NCBI GenBank assembly: GCA_030685065.1 | Contig: JAUXQH010000095.1 | Span: 142,855-206,854, forward strand | Direction of reading: 5' to 3' | DNA from: Pseudomonadota bacterium | GTDB taxonomy: Bacteria; Myxococcota_A; UBA796; SXON01 | Length of the DNA stretch: 64,000 nt | Part shown: positions 17,716 through 26,514 of the stretch, piece after piece | Position numbering within the stretch: position 1 is the stretch's first letter | Layout: each line of letters begins with the position of its first letter | Notes under the pieces: generated by a model | What the model was told of the DNA's origin: nothing | The model's input: only the letters and a program-made list of their open reading frames with translations | The model's database searches: none | Translations under genes and position numbers: made by a program

Positions 17716-18459
17716 ATGCGCACCCCCCTCCTCGCCCTCCTCGCAGCCCTCCTCCTCGCCCCCTCCGCGGCCAACGCGGGCCACGGACACCACAGCGGCG
17801 TCTACGTCAGCGCCCCGTCCGTCCGCATCGTCATCGACCCCTGGTCCCCCTCCTACGCCCCCGCCTACCGCTCGGGGTACTCCTGGGTTCCCGGGTTCTG
17901 GAGCCACCACGGCGACTGGCAGCCCGGCCACTGGGTGCCCGTCGTGTCGCGCGCCGGCTACGCCTGGGAGCCCGGCTACTGGAACGGCCGCACCTACGTA
18001 GACGGCTACTGGCGCTCCGCGGCGCGCTCCGGGTACGGCTGGCGCACCGGCTACTACTCCCGGGGCGTCTGGGTCCGGGGTGACTGGAGCTACGGCCGCT
18101 CGTCGCACTCCTCGAGTCACTACTCGGGCCACTACTCGGGCCACAAGTCGGGGTACGGCGAGCGCGCCGAGGACGCCCGGGAGCGCACCGAAGACTACCG
18201 CGAGGCGCGGGAGGATCGCTCGGAGCGCCACGAGGACCGCGAGGAGCGCCGCGAAGACCGCGACGACGACCGCGACGACGACCGCGGTGGCCGGTCGGAA
18301 GGCCGCGGCGAGAGCTCCAGTGGCCGCTCCGAGGGCCGCGGCGAGAGCTCCAGTGGCCGCTCCGAAGGCCGCGGCGAGAGCTCCGAGGGCCGCGGCGAGC
18401 GCTCCGAGGGCCGCGGCGAACGCGGCGAGAGCAGCGGCGGCCGCAGCCGCACTCGGTAG
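17716..18459 (+). CDS. secreted low-complexity repeat protein (W/Y-rich GYxWxPGxW repeats, His-Xaa-Ser-like run, acidic RED block, 4x SGRSEGRGESS tandem repeats)
   Basis: Signal peptide MRTPLLALLAALLLAPSAANA. Repeats YSWVPGFWSHHGDWQPGHWVP / GYAWEPGYWNGRTYVDGYW / GYGWRTGYY. Run SHSSSHYSGHYSGHKSGY. Then REDREERREDRDDDRDDDRGGRSEGRGESSSGRSEGRGESS.... Sits directly upstream of rSAM D on the same strand. Confidence 0.65.
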   Translation: MRTPLLALLAALLLAPSAANAGHGHHSGVYVSAPSVRIVIDPWSPSYAPAYRSGYSWVPGFWSHHGDWQPGHWVPVVSRAGYAWEPGYWNGRTYVDGYWRSAARSGYGWRTGYYSRGVWVRGDWSYGRSSHSSSHYSGHYSGHKSGYGERAEDARERTEDYREAREDRSERHEDREERREDRDDDRDDDRGGRSEGRGESSSGRSEGRGESSSGRSEGRGESSEGRGERSEGRGERGESSGGRSRTR

Positions 18460-18531
18460 CGCAGCCGGATCGTAGGGGCCGCCCCCTACGAAGCGACCAG
18501 AACCACCGCATGCCCCGGCTCACGCTGGGGT

Positions 18532-19620
18532 ATGCTCGTTTTTGTGCGCACCTCCGCCGCGTCGCGGGCCAAGAGCTCCATGCAGGGCAGCTACCTGGTC
18601 CTCGAGACCACGAACACGTGCAGCCTCGCGTGCGTGCATTGCTCGGTGTCCGAGGCGGGCCATCCGCACCACGCGCGCACCGGGTTCCTGCCGCTTCCCA
18701 CCGCCGAGGCCGTGTTCGCCGACCTGCGCGCGGTCGGCGCCCGCTTCGACACGCTGATCCTGTTCTGGTTGGGGGAGCCGCTCGTCCACCCGGCGTTCGG
18801 GCCGATCTACCAGGCCGCGCTCCGCACCGCGGCCGCCGGGGTGTTCGGCAAGCTGGAGCTGCACACCAACGCCACCCACCTCACCGCTGACAAGGTGCGC
18901 GTGGCGCTCAACCTCGCGCCGATCCCGCAGGTGTGGCACCTCTCGCTCGACGCCGCCACGCGCCCCACCTACCGCGCCGTGAAGGGGGCCGATCGCTTCG
19001 ACCTGGTCGAGACGAACGTGCGCGGGTTCCTCGACGCGAAGGCCGCGCGCGGCGCCCGGTGGCCGCGGCCGGTGTTCCAATTCATCGTGTCCGAGAACAA
19101 CGCGGCCGAGGTCGCGCCGTTCCGCTCCCGGTGGGAGGCGGCGTGTCGGTCGCGCGGGCTCCCGGTGCGAACCGCGGCGCAGGTCGTGCCCCCGGGGGAG
19201 GACGCCGTGGTGTTCTTCCGCCAGCTCGATTGCCCGACGCCCGCGGAGCAGGCCCGCCAGAACGCCGTGTTCCGCGACACGATGGCGGGGGCGGGGATCG
19301 CCCTCCCGCGAGAGGACCGCTCGCCCACCACCATCGCGGACCAGAACGTGGCCGTGTGCTCGTGCTTCTGGAAGAGCCCCGTCATCGGGTGGGACGGCAC
19401 GGTGACGACGTGCACGCGCGACAATCGCTTCACCAACGCGCTCGGGAACGTGGCGGACATGCCCTTCTCCACGCTGTGGTGGGGCAGCGAGATGGCGGCG
19501 CGGCGGAGCCGGGTGGCCCGGGTCGACTACAGCGGGCTCCCCGTGTGCGCGTCGTGCTTCATCCCGCGCTCCTCCAACTCGACCGACATCACCCCCGCCG
19601 AGATCGAGGCGCACGGATGA
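18532..19620 (+). CDS. radical SAM/SPASM domain protein D (paralog of A); alternative start ATG 18580 (MQGSYLVLETTNTC...)
   Basis: LETTNTCSLACVHCSV is the CxxxCxxC motif. The C-terminal SPASM reads CSCFW...TTCTRDNRF...LPVCASCF. The stop overlaps the E start (ATGA 19617-19620). Confidence 0.85.
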   Translation: MLVFVRTSAASRAKSSMQGSYLVLETTNTCSLACVHCSVSEAGHPHHARTGFLPLPTAEAVFADLRAVGARFDTLILFWLGEPLVHPAFGPIYQAALRTAAAGVFGKLELHTNATHLTADKVRVALNLAPIPQVWHLSLDAATRPTYRAVKGADRFDLVETNVRGFLDAKAARGARWPRPVFQFIVSENNAAEVAPFRSRWEAACRSRGLPVRTAAQVVPPGEDAVVFFRQLDCPTPAEQARQNAVFRDTMAGAGIALPREDRSPTTIADQNVAVCSCFWKSPVIGWDGTVTTCTRDNRFTNALGNVADMPFSTLWWGSEMAARRSRVARVDYSGLPVCASCFIPRSSNSTDITPAEIEAHG

Positions 19621-20627
19621 GCCGCCTCACGCGCGCCGCGGTGACCGCCGTCCTGGGGCAGGCGCGGCTACGCCCCGCGCTGGACAAGCCGGTGCAGGTG
19701 CACCTCTCCGTCACGGACCGCTGCTTCCTCCCGTGCCTGCACTGTGACATCTGGAAGAACGAGACGGTCGACCTTCCCGAGCAGGTGTGGGCCGACACCA
19801 TCGATGGCCTCGCGCAGTGGCTCGGCCCGGCGGCGATGAACTTCGTGGGCGGCGAGCCGCTCCTCCGCAAGGATCTCGAGCGGCTCATGGCGCGGGCGAC
19901 GCGCCTCGGCTTCACCGTCACGTTCAACACCAACGGTTGGTTGTTGACAGAAAAACGAGCGCACGCGCTCGCGGACGCCGGCGTGAGCATCGCCTACGTG
20001 TCGATCGACGGCGCGACCGCCGCCACGGTCGACCACTCGCGTGGCCGCGCCGGCTCGTGGAAGAAGGCCGTCGAAGCCTGTGACTTGCTGGACAAGGTGC
20101 CGAACCCGCGCGTGGTCGTGACTTGTGTGCTCTCCGGTCACAATGCCAGGGAAATCCCCGAGCTGCTCCGTTGGACCAAGGGCCGCGGCTACGAATTGGT
20201 CGTGCAGCCGCTGTACCAGAACTTCGGCGCCAACGCCCACGATCCCGGCTGGTGGCGCCGATCTCCCCTGTGGCCCACCGATCTGGGCGCGATCGACGCC
20301 GCGATCGACGTGTTGGTCGACGAGCGGCGCAACGAGTCCCAGGTGTGCAACCCGGTCGAGCAGCTCGAGGCGTTCAAGGGGTACTTCCGGAACCCCTCCG
20401 TCTACAACGGCGAGGTGTGCAAGGCCGGCCACTCGGACATCGCGTTCGATCCGATGGGCAACGTGCGCTTGTGCTATTTCCTGGAGCCGGTCGGCAACGT
20501 GGCGGACGGGCGCTCACTCCCCAAGGTGTGGAACGCGGTCGCGACGATGCGGCGGCGGCACGAGGTGAACACGTGCACGCGGTCGTGCAACTTGTTGAAC
20601 TGCAACTTCGATCGGGGCGCCGGCTAG
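19617..20627 (+). CDS. radical SAM/SPASM domain protein E (paralog of B)
   Basis: VHLSVTDRCFLPCLHCDIW is CxxxCxxC. FVGGEPLL, NTNGWLL, VSIDGATAATVDHSRG. The C-terminal Cys cluster reads CKAGHSDIAFDPMGNVRLCYF...CTRSCNLLNCNF. The upstream 228 codons of track ORF 18933..20627 are an off-frame extension. Confidence 0.85.
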   Translation: MSRLTRAAVTAVLGQARLRPALDKPVQVHLSVTDRCFLPCLHCDIWKNETVDLPEQVWADTIDGLAQWLGPAAMNFVGGEPLLRKDLERLMARATRLGFTVTFNTNGWLLTEKRAHALADAGVSIAYVSIDGATAATVDHSRGRAGSWKKAVEACDLLDKVPNPRVVVTCVLSGHNAREIPELLRWTKGRGYELVVQPLYQNFGANAHDPGWWRRSPLWPTDLGAIDAAIDVLVDERRNESQVCNPVEQLEAFKGYFRNPSVYNGEVCKAGHSDIAFDPMGNVRLCYFLEPVGNVADGRSLPKVWNAVATMRRRHEVNTCTRSCNLLNCNFDRGAG

Positions 20628-20706
20628 CGCCACAACGGCGGGGAGTCGAGCGGCCGCGCCTCGACAACGCGCGCGTCGGTGGGTAGTCCGCGCGCCGGAG
20701 CTCACC

Positions 20707-21369
20707 ATGTCCAACGCCGCCGCCGCCGATCCCGTCCCCGCCCCCGCCGAAGCAGACGATGGCGGCGCGCGGCGCTTCGAGCTGCTCTCCGGGCTCACGC
20801 TCGCGCTGCTCGCGGCGGTCCTCGCGGTGGTCGATCTCGGCGGTGGCGCCGCCGGCGACGACGAGATCATCGGCACGAACGAGAAGTCCTCGCTCTACCA
20901 GTGGTACCAGAGCAAGAGCATCAAGCAGGCGATCGTCGAGCAGCAACAGGGCCTGCTCACGGCGCTCCTCGACGCGGGCGCGGTGGCCCCCGGCGGCATC
21001 GACGCGGTTCGCGCCCAGATCGCCGCCGCGGATGAGGACGTGAAGCGCTACGACGCCGAGAAGCGCGAGCTGCTCCGCGGGTCCGAGGCGGTGGGGCCCG
21101 CGGGCCAGGTGATGGAGGTGGGCGGCGAGAAAGGCAAGATCGTCGGCACCGAGGTGTGGGAGGTCACCCTCGCCACGCTCGGGGAGGCGGGCCAGAAGTT
21201 CGACCTCTCGACGTTGTGGCTCCAGCTCTCCCTGGTGCTCGGCGCCGTGAGCCTGGTGCTGCACGCCCCGCGGCTCAAGATGGCGTTCTACGCCGCGATG
21301 GCGCTCGGCGGCGTCATCGGGACGGCGTACGGCGTGATGGCGTTCCAGGTGATGATGTCGTTGGGGTAG
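20707..21369 (+). CDS. DUF4337-like membrane protein
   Basis: ...NEKSSLYQWYQSKSIKQAIVEQQQG...AQIAAADEDVKRYDAEK... followed by two C-terminal TM helices, the pattern I recall for DUF4337. Confidence 0.6.
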   Translation: MSNAAAADPVPAPAEADDGGARRFELLSGLTLALLAAVLAVVDLGGGAAGDDEIIGTNEKSSLYQWYQSKSIKQAIVEQQQGLLTALLDAGAVAPGGIDAVRAQIAAADEDVKRYDAEKRELLRGSEAVGPAGQVMEVGGEKGKIVGTEVWEVTLATLGEAGQKFDLSTLWLQLSLVLGAVSLVLHAPRLKMAFYAAMALGGVIGTAYGVMAFQVMMSLG

Positions 21370-21388
21370 CCAGCGCGCGCGTGCGCTA

Positions 21389-22804
21389 TCACCCCACCCC
21401 GAACGCCCCGAGCACCCACGGCCCCGTGATCGCGAGCAGCGCGCAGCCGCCGATCAACAACACGAAGCCGGGAAGGGCGAGATCCTGGGCGCGCGCCCCC
21501 GCGCCCACCGCCATCGCGTTGGGCGGCGTGCTCACCACGAACGGCATCCCGAAGGACGCCGCGAGCGCCACGAGCACGGGCGCGGTCGGGATGTCGGGGA
21601 CCACCGCGATCGCGAGCGGCACGAGCAAGGCGGCGGTGCCGGTGTTGCTCATGATCGACGACAGCACCGCGCTCGCGAAGAGCAGTGCCCCGAGTCGGAA
21701 CCCGGACGGCTGATCGGGGCTCGCCAGCGTGGCCGCGAGCGGGGTCAGGAGGTTCGTGGCCTCCACCAGCCGCCCGAGGCCGATCCCACCGGCGATGAGG
21801 AGGAGCGTCGACCAGTCGACCTGGCGCAAGCGCTCCGCCGGCACCAGCGCGCTCCCGAACAACACCGCCGCGAGCGCGAGGGACACGAGGGGCGCGTCCA
21901 CCCCATGGAGCGGCTCGGCGAGCCACGCGAGGATCGCCGCCGCGGCGACGACGCCGACGAGCACCGGGCGTTGCGTCGGGGCGCCGTCGGCGGGGGGGAG
22001 CGGCGGCGGGAGCGCCTCGGTGACGACCTCCGAACCGACGCGGTGCACCACGAGGAGGAGCACCACCGCGAACGCGAGCGAGGCCGCCACGAGGGGGACC
22101 GCGAACGCCATCCACGACACGAAGGGGATCGGCACGTCCATCGACGCGATGGCGATGGCGTTCGGGCCGCTGCCGATCGGCGTCGCCATGCCCCCCAGAT
22201 TGGCGCCCAGCGCCACGGCGACCAGCACCGCGCGGCGGAGCCGACCGTCCTCCGGGCAGAGCGGCCGTACGCACGCGAACATCAACGCCGCCGCGGCGAT
22301 GTTCGACATCCACATCGACAGGAACGCGGTCGTGGTGGCGAGCCCCGCGATCAGGCGGCGGGGCCTTCCCCGCGTGTACCGAACCGCCGCTCCGGCCAAC
22401 GCCTGGTCGATCCCGTGCACGCGCGCGGCCTCGCCGAGCACGAACCCCCCGAAGAACAGGGCCAGCACGGGGTCAGCCATCCACCCCAGCACGACGCGCG
22501 GCTCGAACGCCGGCAGGGCCAGGGGGACGGCCACGAGCAGCAGGAGCGTGGGGACGAAGCCCGGCACGACCTCGCCGAGCCACAACGCGAGGCAGAGGCT
22601 GGCGACGATGCCCGCCCGCGCCGCCGTGGGATCGGCAAACGCGGCCAGGCTCGCGCCGGCGCCCACCGCCGCAGCCACGAGGGTGAGCCCCCACCGGAGC
22701 GCGGACGGTCGCGACGCAGCCGACGACAAGGGCGCGGGGGACACGGGCGCGGGCGGGTTCGGCGCGGGCGGCCTGGCCGCGGGGGGCGTGGGTGCGAGGG
22801 GCAT
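21389..22804 (-). CDS. anion permease / DASS (SLC13) or ArsB/NhaD-superfamily transporter
   Basis: 471 aa with at least 12 TM helices and the duplicated ...MSNTGTAALL.PLA / ...MWMSNIAAAALM hairpin motifs typical of the ArsB/DASS family. Confidence 0.75.
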   Translation of the reverse strand: MPLAPTPPAARPPAPNPPAPVSPAPLSSAASRPSALRWGLTLVAAAVGAGASLAAFADPTAARAGIVASLCLALWLGEVVPGFVPTLLLLVAVPLALPAFEPRVVLGWMADPVLALFFGGFVLGEAARVHGIDQALAGAAVRYTRGRPRRLIAGLATTTAFLSMWMSNIAAAALMFACVRPLCPEDGRLRRAVLVAVALGANLGGMATPIGSGPNAIAIASMDVPIPFVSWMAFAVPLVAASLAFAVVLLLVVHRVGSEVVTEALPPPLPPADGAPTQRPVLVGVVAAAAILAWLAEPLHGVDAPLVSLALAAVLFGSALVPAERLRQVDWSTLLLIAGGIGLGRLVEATNLLTPLAATLASPDQPSGFRLGALLFASAVLSSIMSNTGTAALLVPLAIAVVPDIPTAPVLVALAASFGMPFVVSTPPNAMAVGAGARAQDLALPGFVLLIGGCALLAITGPWVLGAFGVG

Positions 22805-22832
22805 GGGTGCGCGGGCTGGTTAGCCCGTCCGG

Positions 22833-23567
22833 ATGAAGCCGCCTGCCTCGAAGCCTCCGACCCGCCCCGATCCGAGCCCTGCCGACCCGAGCGGCGGCGA
22901 CTGGACCGTCCACCTGCTCCAGCTCGCCGCGCGGGACAACCTCGGGCAGGCCGGGAAGGGGCGGCTGCTCGATCTGCCGGCGCTCGCCCAGGCGTGGACC
23001 TGCGCGACGGGTGCGTGCACCCCTGGCCGGCGCGCGCCGAACGCGCGGTCGTGCTGCGCGGATCTCGAGCTCGCGCCGACGGCGCCGGAGCGCGCGGCGA
23101 TCGACGCGGCGTTGCCGGAGATCGCCGCGTTCCTCGCCCCGCGCGATCCTCGCTGGGCGGAGGGCGCCCCCGCGATCTACGAGGGGGACGCTGTCCGGCG
23201 GCCGGGAAAAGCCGGCGACCGACGCTGCGTGTTCGCGGGCATGGGCCCCGACGGCCTGTACTGCGGGCTCCACGCGCTCGAGGACGCCTCGGGGCGCGCT
23301 CGCGGCGCGCTCAAGCCCTTGGCCTGCCGCCTCTTTCCGCTCGTGCTCGTCGAGGTCGACGAGCGGACCACGCTCCTCTCCGCCATCCATCGCAACACCG
23401 CGCGGCTCGCCGGGTCCCGGCCGGCGCGCGCTTTTCCGTGCATCGGGGCGGCGGGCGCACCCACGATCGCGGAGAGCTGCGCGGACACGATCACGGCGCT
23501 CTGGGGAGCCCGGGCGGCGAAGAACGCGCAGGCGGCGGTGGCGGGGTGGAGGGAGCGGGCGGAGTGA
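22833..23567 (+). CDS. YkgJ-family zinc/iron-chelating Cys-cluster domain protein (PF03692-like)
   Basis: CATGAC...CCADLE...CVFAGMGPDGLYCGLHALED...KPLACRLFPLVL...CIGAA...ESCADTI, the YkgJ/FliB-type Cys pattern including the CRxFP motif. A decayed copy lies at 26508-26810. Confidence 0.65.
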   Translation: MKPPASKPPTRPDPSPADPSGGDWTVHLLQLAARDNLGQAGKGRLLDLPALAQAWTCATGACTPGRRAPNARSCCADLELAPTAPERAAIDAALPEIAAFLAPRDPRWAEGAPAIYEGDAVRRPGKAGDRRCVFAGMGPDGLYCGLHALEDASGRARGALKPLACRLFPLVLVEVDERTTLLSAIHRNTARLAGSRPARAFPCIGAAGAPTIAESCADTITALWGARAAKNAQAAVAGWRERAE

Positions 23568-23647
23568 GGGGGACGCCGGAGTTGGGGCCGCGCCGTGGCA
23601 TCCCGAGGGTGCTGAACGTCGACTTGCGCGTCCGGTAGGCGTGATCC

Positions 23648-24445
23648 CTACAACGCCCCCTCGTACCGAAGCGTCCGCAGCCGCTCCGTCGCGCCGGCCG
23701 CGACGAGAAACGCCGCGAGGGACGGGTTCGCCTCGGCGCGCACCTCGACGTGAGCGAGATCCGCGCGGCGGAACGGGCGGAGGGCCCGCAACAACGCGCC
23801 CGCGAGCGCCGGGGTCGCGACTTCGAACGGCGTGATGCCGGGCACGTCGGGATCGAGGATGCCGGCGCCGACGAAGCGCTCCCCGTCGCGGAGCACGCGC
23901 GCGGTGCGCCCCGGCCGCGCCCGCGCGTCCGTGAGGGTTCCGGCGAGCACGCCGGTGTCGGCCTCGGCGCGGGAATCCTCGTCGGGGGCGCACGTCCCGG
24001 CGATCACGCCGGGCGGCCCCTCCGGGAGCGCGTCGATCCGCGCCCAGTCGGCGAAGTGCAGGAAGACGGACTCGAAGATCGGCTTCATCCCGACGGAGGC
24101 GTAGAGGCGCAGCGCGGCCACGTTGTCCGGCCGCACGTTGAGGCACCACCGGGAGAGCCCGCGGCCCCGGAAGCTCTCGCCGGCGGCGAGGACCAGCGCC
24201 CGCCCAACCCCACGGCCCCGCGCCCCCGGCGCCGCGACGAGGTGCCGGATGTAGCCCACCTGCGCGAGGGGCTGGCCGTAGAGGTACCCCACGGCCGCGC
24301 CCTCCTCGTCCGCGATCAGCGTCGTCGCCACCATCTCGGCGAGCCAGCGGGCCTCCGACGGCGGCGCGTGCTCGGCGGTGAGCTCGGGGAAGAGCCGGGC
24401 GAAGTCGGGGTAGTCGGTCGGGAGGGCGGCGCGGACACGGAGCAT
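23648..24445 (-). CDS. GNAT family N-acetyltransferase
   Basis: ...IRHLVAAPGARGRGVGRALVLAAGESFRGRGLSRWCLNVRPDNVAALRLYASVGMKP..., the acetyl-CoA binding motif A. Confidence 0.8.
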   Translation of the reverse strand: MLRVRAALPTDYPDFARLFPELTAEHAPPSEARWLAEMVATTLIADEEGAAVGYLYGQPLAQVGYIRHLVAAPGARGRGVGRALVLAAGESFRGRGLSRWCLNVRPDNVAALRLYASVGMKPIFESVFLHFADWARIDALPEGPPGVIAGTCAPDEDSRAEADTGVLAGTLTDARARPGRTARVLRDGERFVGAGILDPDVPGITPFEVATPALAGALLRALRPFRRADLAHVEVRAEANPSLAAFLVAAGATERLRTLRYEGAL

Positions 24446-24485
24446 GCGCCGATGTACCTCGACCTTCGGCCTCCCGCCGACGATG

Positions 24486-24640
24486 TCACTCCAGGAGGAA
24501 CGGCTTCAGCACCACGTCGAGGCCGTCAACCTCGACGCGCCACGCCCGACCGCCGGCGACCACGTCGGGCCGGCCGATCTCCGCGAGGCAAAGGTCCTCG
24601 GAGACGGCCAGGTGGTCGTCGTCGTAGGCGTAGGCGCCCC
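24486..24640 (-). pseudogene. orphan duplicated 3' fragment (last ~50 codons) of the lipoprotein gene 29348..30730
   Basis: The encoded ...GAYAYDDDHLAVSEDLCLAEIGRPDVVAGGRAWRVEVDGLDVVLKPFLLE* matches the C-terminus ...GAYAYDDDHLAVSVDLCLAETGRPAVVAGGRAWRVETDGADVVLTPFLLE*. About 85% nt identity over ~155 bp. The upstream part of the track ORF is junk. Confidence 0.75.
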
Positions 24641-24960
24641 TTGCTGCGATCGAGGCCAGATTGCGGCGGAGGGGCGCCGGGCGACCGGGGCGGAGCGCGC
24701 TGTCACGCCGGCTCTGGCGACGCCACCGCGCCGCCAGAGCGCGGACGCGGCCCTTCGGCCGGTCGTCATCATGGGAGGCGTTCCATAGCCAGGATACGCA
24801 CCGACAGACGCCGATACGCACGCCGATCGCGCTTTGAGCGAGTAGCTCCTTGATACGACGCCAGAGCCGGAGGATCGATGGAACTCACCTCAAGGTCAGC
24901 CGACTCGCCCATCACCACGCTCTACATCACTGGCGGTACCTGGTGGGACGGAGAAGCGTC

Positions 24961-26514
24961 ATGGTAATCCTTGTTTGGGCGCTCGTTCTCGGCTGCACCG
25001 GCGGCCCGAAGCCGTCCGACTCCAGTGCGGAAGCGGACACGGACACGGACACGGACACGGACGCGGACACGGACACGGATGGCGACTCCGATTCGGATAC
25101 AGACACCGACACCGATGCGGACACCGACGCGGATTCAGACACGGACACGGAGCCGACGCCCGACGCCGACAGCGATGGGTACGACGCGATCGAAGCGGGG
25201 GGCGACGATTGTGATGACGACAATGCATTCACCTACCCAGGCGCGGTCGAGTACTGCGACACGGTAGACCAGGACTGTGACGGTGAGCCCTTGGGGATCG
25301 GGCAGTGCGCCACACTCATTCCCGCGGGCGCTGGGGGGACGCTCCTCATAGACACCCCCGTGTTCAACGCCCTCGTGGGCCTCGTGGGGGACCTCACCGG
25401 CGATGGTATTGACGACGTGCTGCGGACGCGCCCGGACCAGGGGGATGTGCTCATTTACGCGGGGGGGCCAATCGATGCGCCGTTCGGCGAGGAATTGGAA
25501 GGCGTGTGGCATCGCGTCGTCGAAAACGCCACCTTGGGGGGCGTACTCCGAGGCGGTGACATCAACGGCGATGGCTGGGAAGATTTGCTCACCCTGAGTT
25601 CTTGGGGTGAGGGCGCACAGGCGTTGTACGGGCCCTTCGAGGGCGGCGGCGCCACCTCGTCGATGTATGGGGATGGTGTCGCGTGGGCCGATGGTTTCAA
25701 CGTCTCGAGCCCCGTGTTCTCGGGCGTGGACACTGATGGCGATGGGCGGGCTGACATGGCCACCATCGAAAACGTGTTCAAGGTCGAGACCGATGTCGCG
25801 TTTCAGGTGTATCTTGGCGGGGAGCACGAGACACCTTGCACGCTACTGGAAAGCCGAGGTGGTTTGGCGGCGACCCCCATAGGAGACGGGGATGGCGACG
25901 GCTTTCCTGAGACCGCGTGGCAGGCCAGCGCGCTGTGGATTAGCTCGGGGGCGCATTTTCGCGAGGGTTGCGAAGGCGATCTCGAGAGTCACTCCATGGG
26001 CTGGCGGGACGGCGGCGTCGTGGCCATTCCCGCAGCACGCCTCGGCGATTGGACTGGTGACGGAGTGGAAGAATGGGTGCTCACCCTACCAGGGGTAGGG
26101 GATGAGGGCGAGGAAGGCCTATGGGTGCTGTCCGCCGACGTTGCCGTTTCCGGAGCCTTCTCGACGGACGACGCCTTAGGGAGCTGGATCCTCCCACCCT
26201 CCTATTCGGGCTTCGACCGCCCGCATGCGCTCGACCTCGATGGCGACGGTGTAAACGAGCTCATCTTCGGCGGAGAGTACGGCTACGACGTCATCCGTGG
26301 GGGCACGCCGCTCTCGATCGCGGCCGACCTTCCCGCCAACCGCCTTAGCTACGATGGGGACTCGATTTGTGGCTTCACCCCGTGCGAAGGCGACTTCAAT
26401 GGAGATGGGTTTGACGACCTCGCCGTCGTCGAATGGGCCACCGACTTCGAGAACACCCACGTCTGGATCATCCCCGGCTTCGATGTGCCCTGGGATGACG
26501 TGAGCCGGTGGTAG
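24961..26514 (+). CDS. lipoprotein with Asp-Thr tandem repeats, a MopE-like Cys-rich putative metal-binding motif and FG-GAP/VCBS-like repeats
   Basis: MVILVWALVLGCTGG is the signal peptide plus lipobox. (DT)n repeats are encoded by gacacggac x many. CDDDNAFTYPGAVEYCDTVDQDCDG is the MopE-like motif. There are 4 DxNGDGxxD FG-GAP-like loops. The track start at 24850 is junk; I chose ATG 24961. Confidence 0.75.
   Translation: MVILVWALVLGCTGGPKPSDSSAEADTDTDTDTDADTDTDGDSDSDTDTDTDADTDADSDTDTEPTPDADSDGYDAIEAGGDDCDDDNAFTYPGAVEYCDTVDQDCDGEPLGIGQCATLIPAGAGGTLLIDTPVFNALVGLVGDLTGDGIDDVLRTRPDQGDVLIYAGGPIDAPFGEELEGVWHRVVENATLGGVLRGGDINGDGWEDLLTLSSWGEGAQALYGPFEGGGATSSMYGDGVAWADGFNVSSPVFSGVDTDGDGRADMATIENVFKVETDVAFQVYLGGEHETPCTLLESRGGLAATPIGDGDGDGFPETAWQASALWISSGAHFREGCEGDLESHSMGWRDGGVVAIPAARLGDWTGDGVEEWVLTLPGVGDEGEEGLWVLSADVAVSGAFSTDDALGSWILPPSYSGFDRPHALDLDGDGVNELIFGGEYGYDVIRGGTPLSIAADLPANRLSYDGDSICGFTPCEGDFNGDGFDDLAVVEWATDFENTHVWIIPGFDVPWDDVSRW

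Noticed and set aside
17581-18523. Minus-strand ORFs 17581..18231 and 17831..18523 opposite the secreted repeat protein
   Set aside because: Arg/Pro/Gly-rich antisense frames. The plus-strand product has a clean signal peptide and structured repeats.
15206-20627. Assignment of the rSAM pairs to anaerobic sulfatase maturation
   Set aside because: The only sulfatase-fold gene, 37507..38910, lacks the C/SxPxR target motif and is 17 kb away. The rSAM genes instead neighbour repeat/lipoprotein genes.
24927-25267. ORFs 24927..25232 (-), 24959..25228 (-), 24971..25267 (+), 24975..25214 (+)
   Set aside because: All are alternative-frame translations of the (gacacggac)n Asp-Thr repeat DNA inside the lipoprotein gene 24961..26514.
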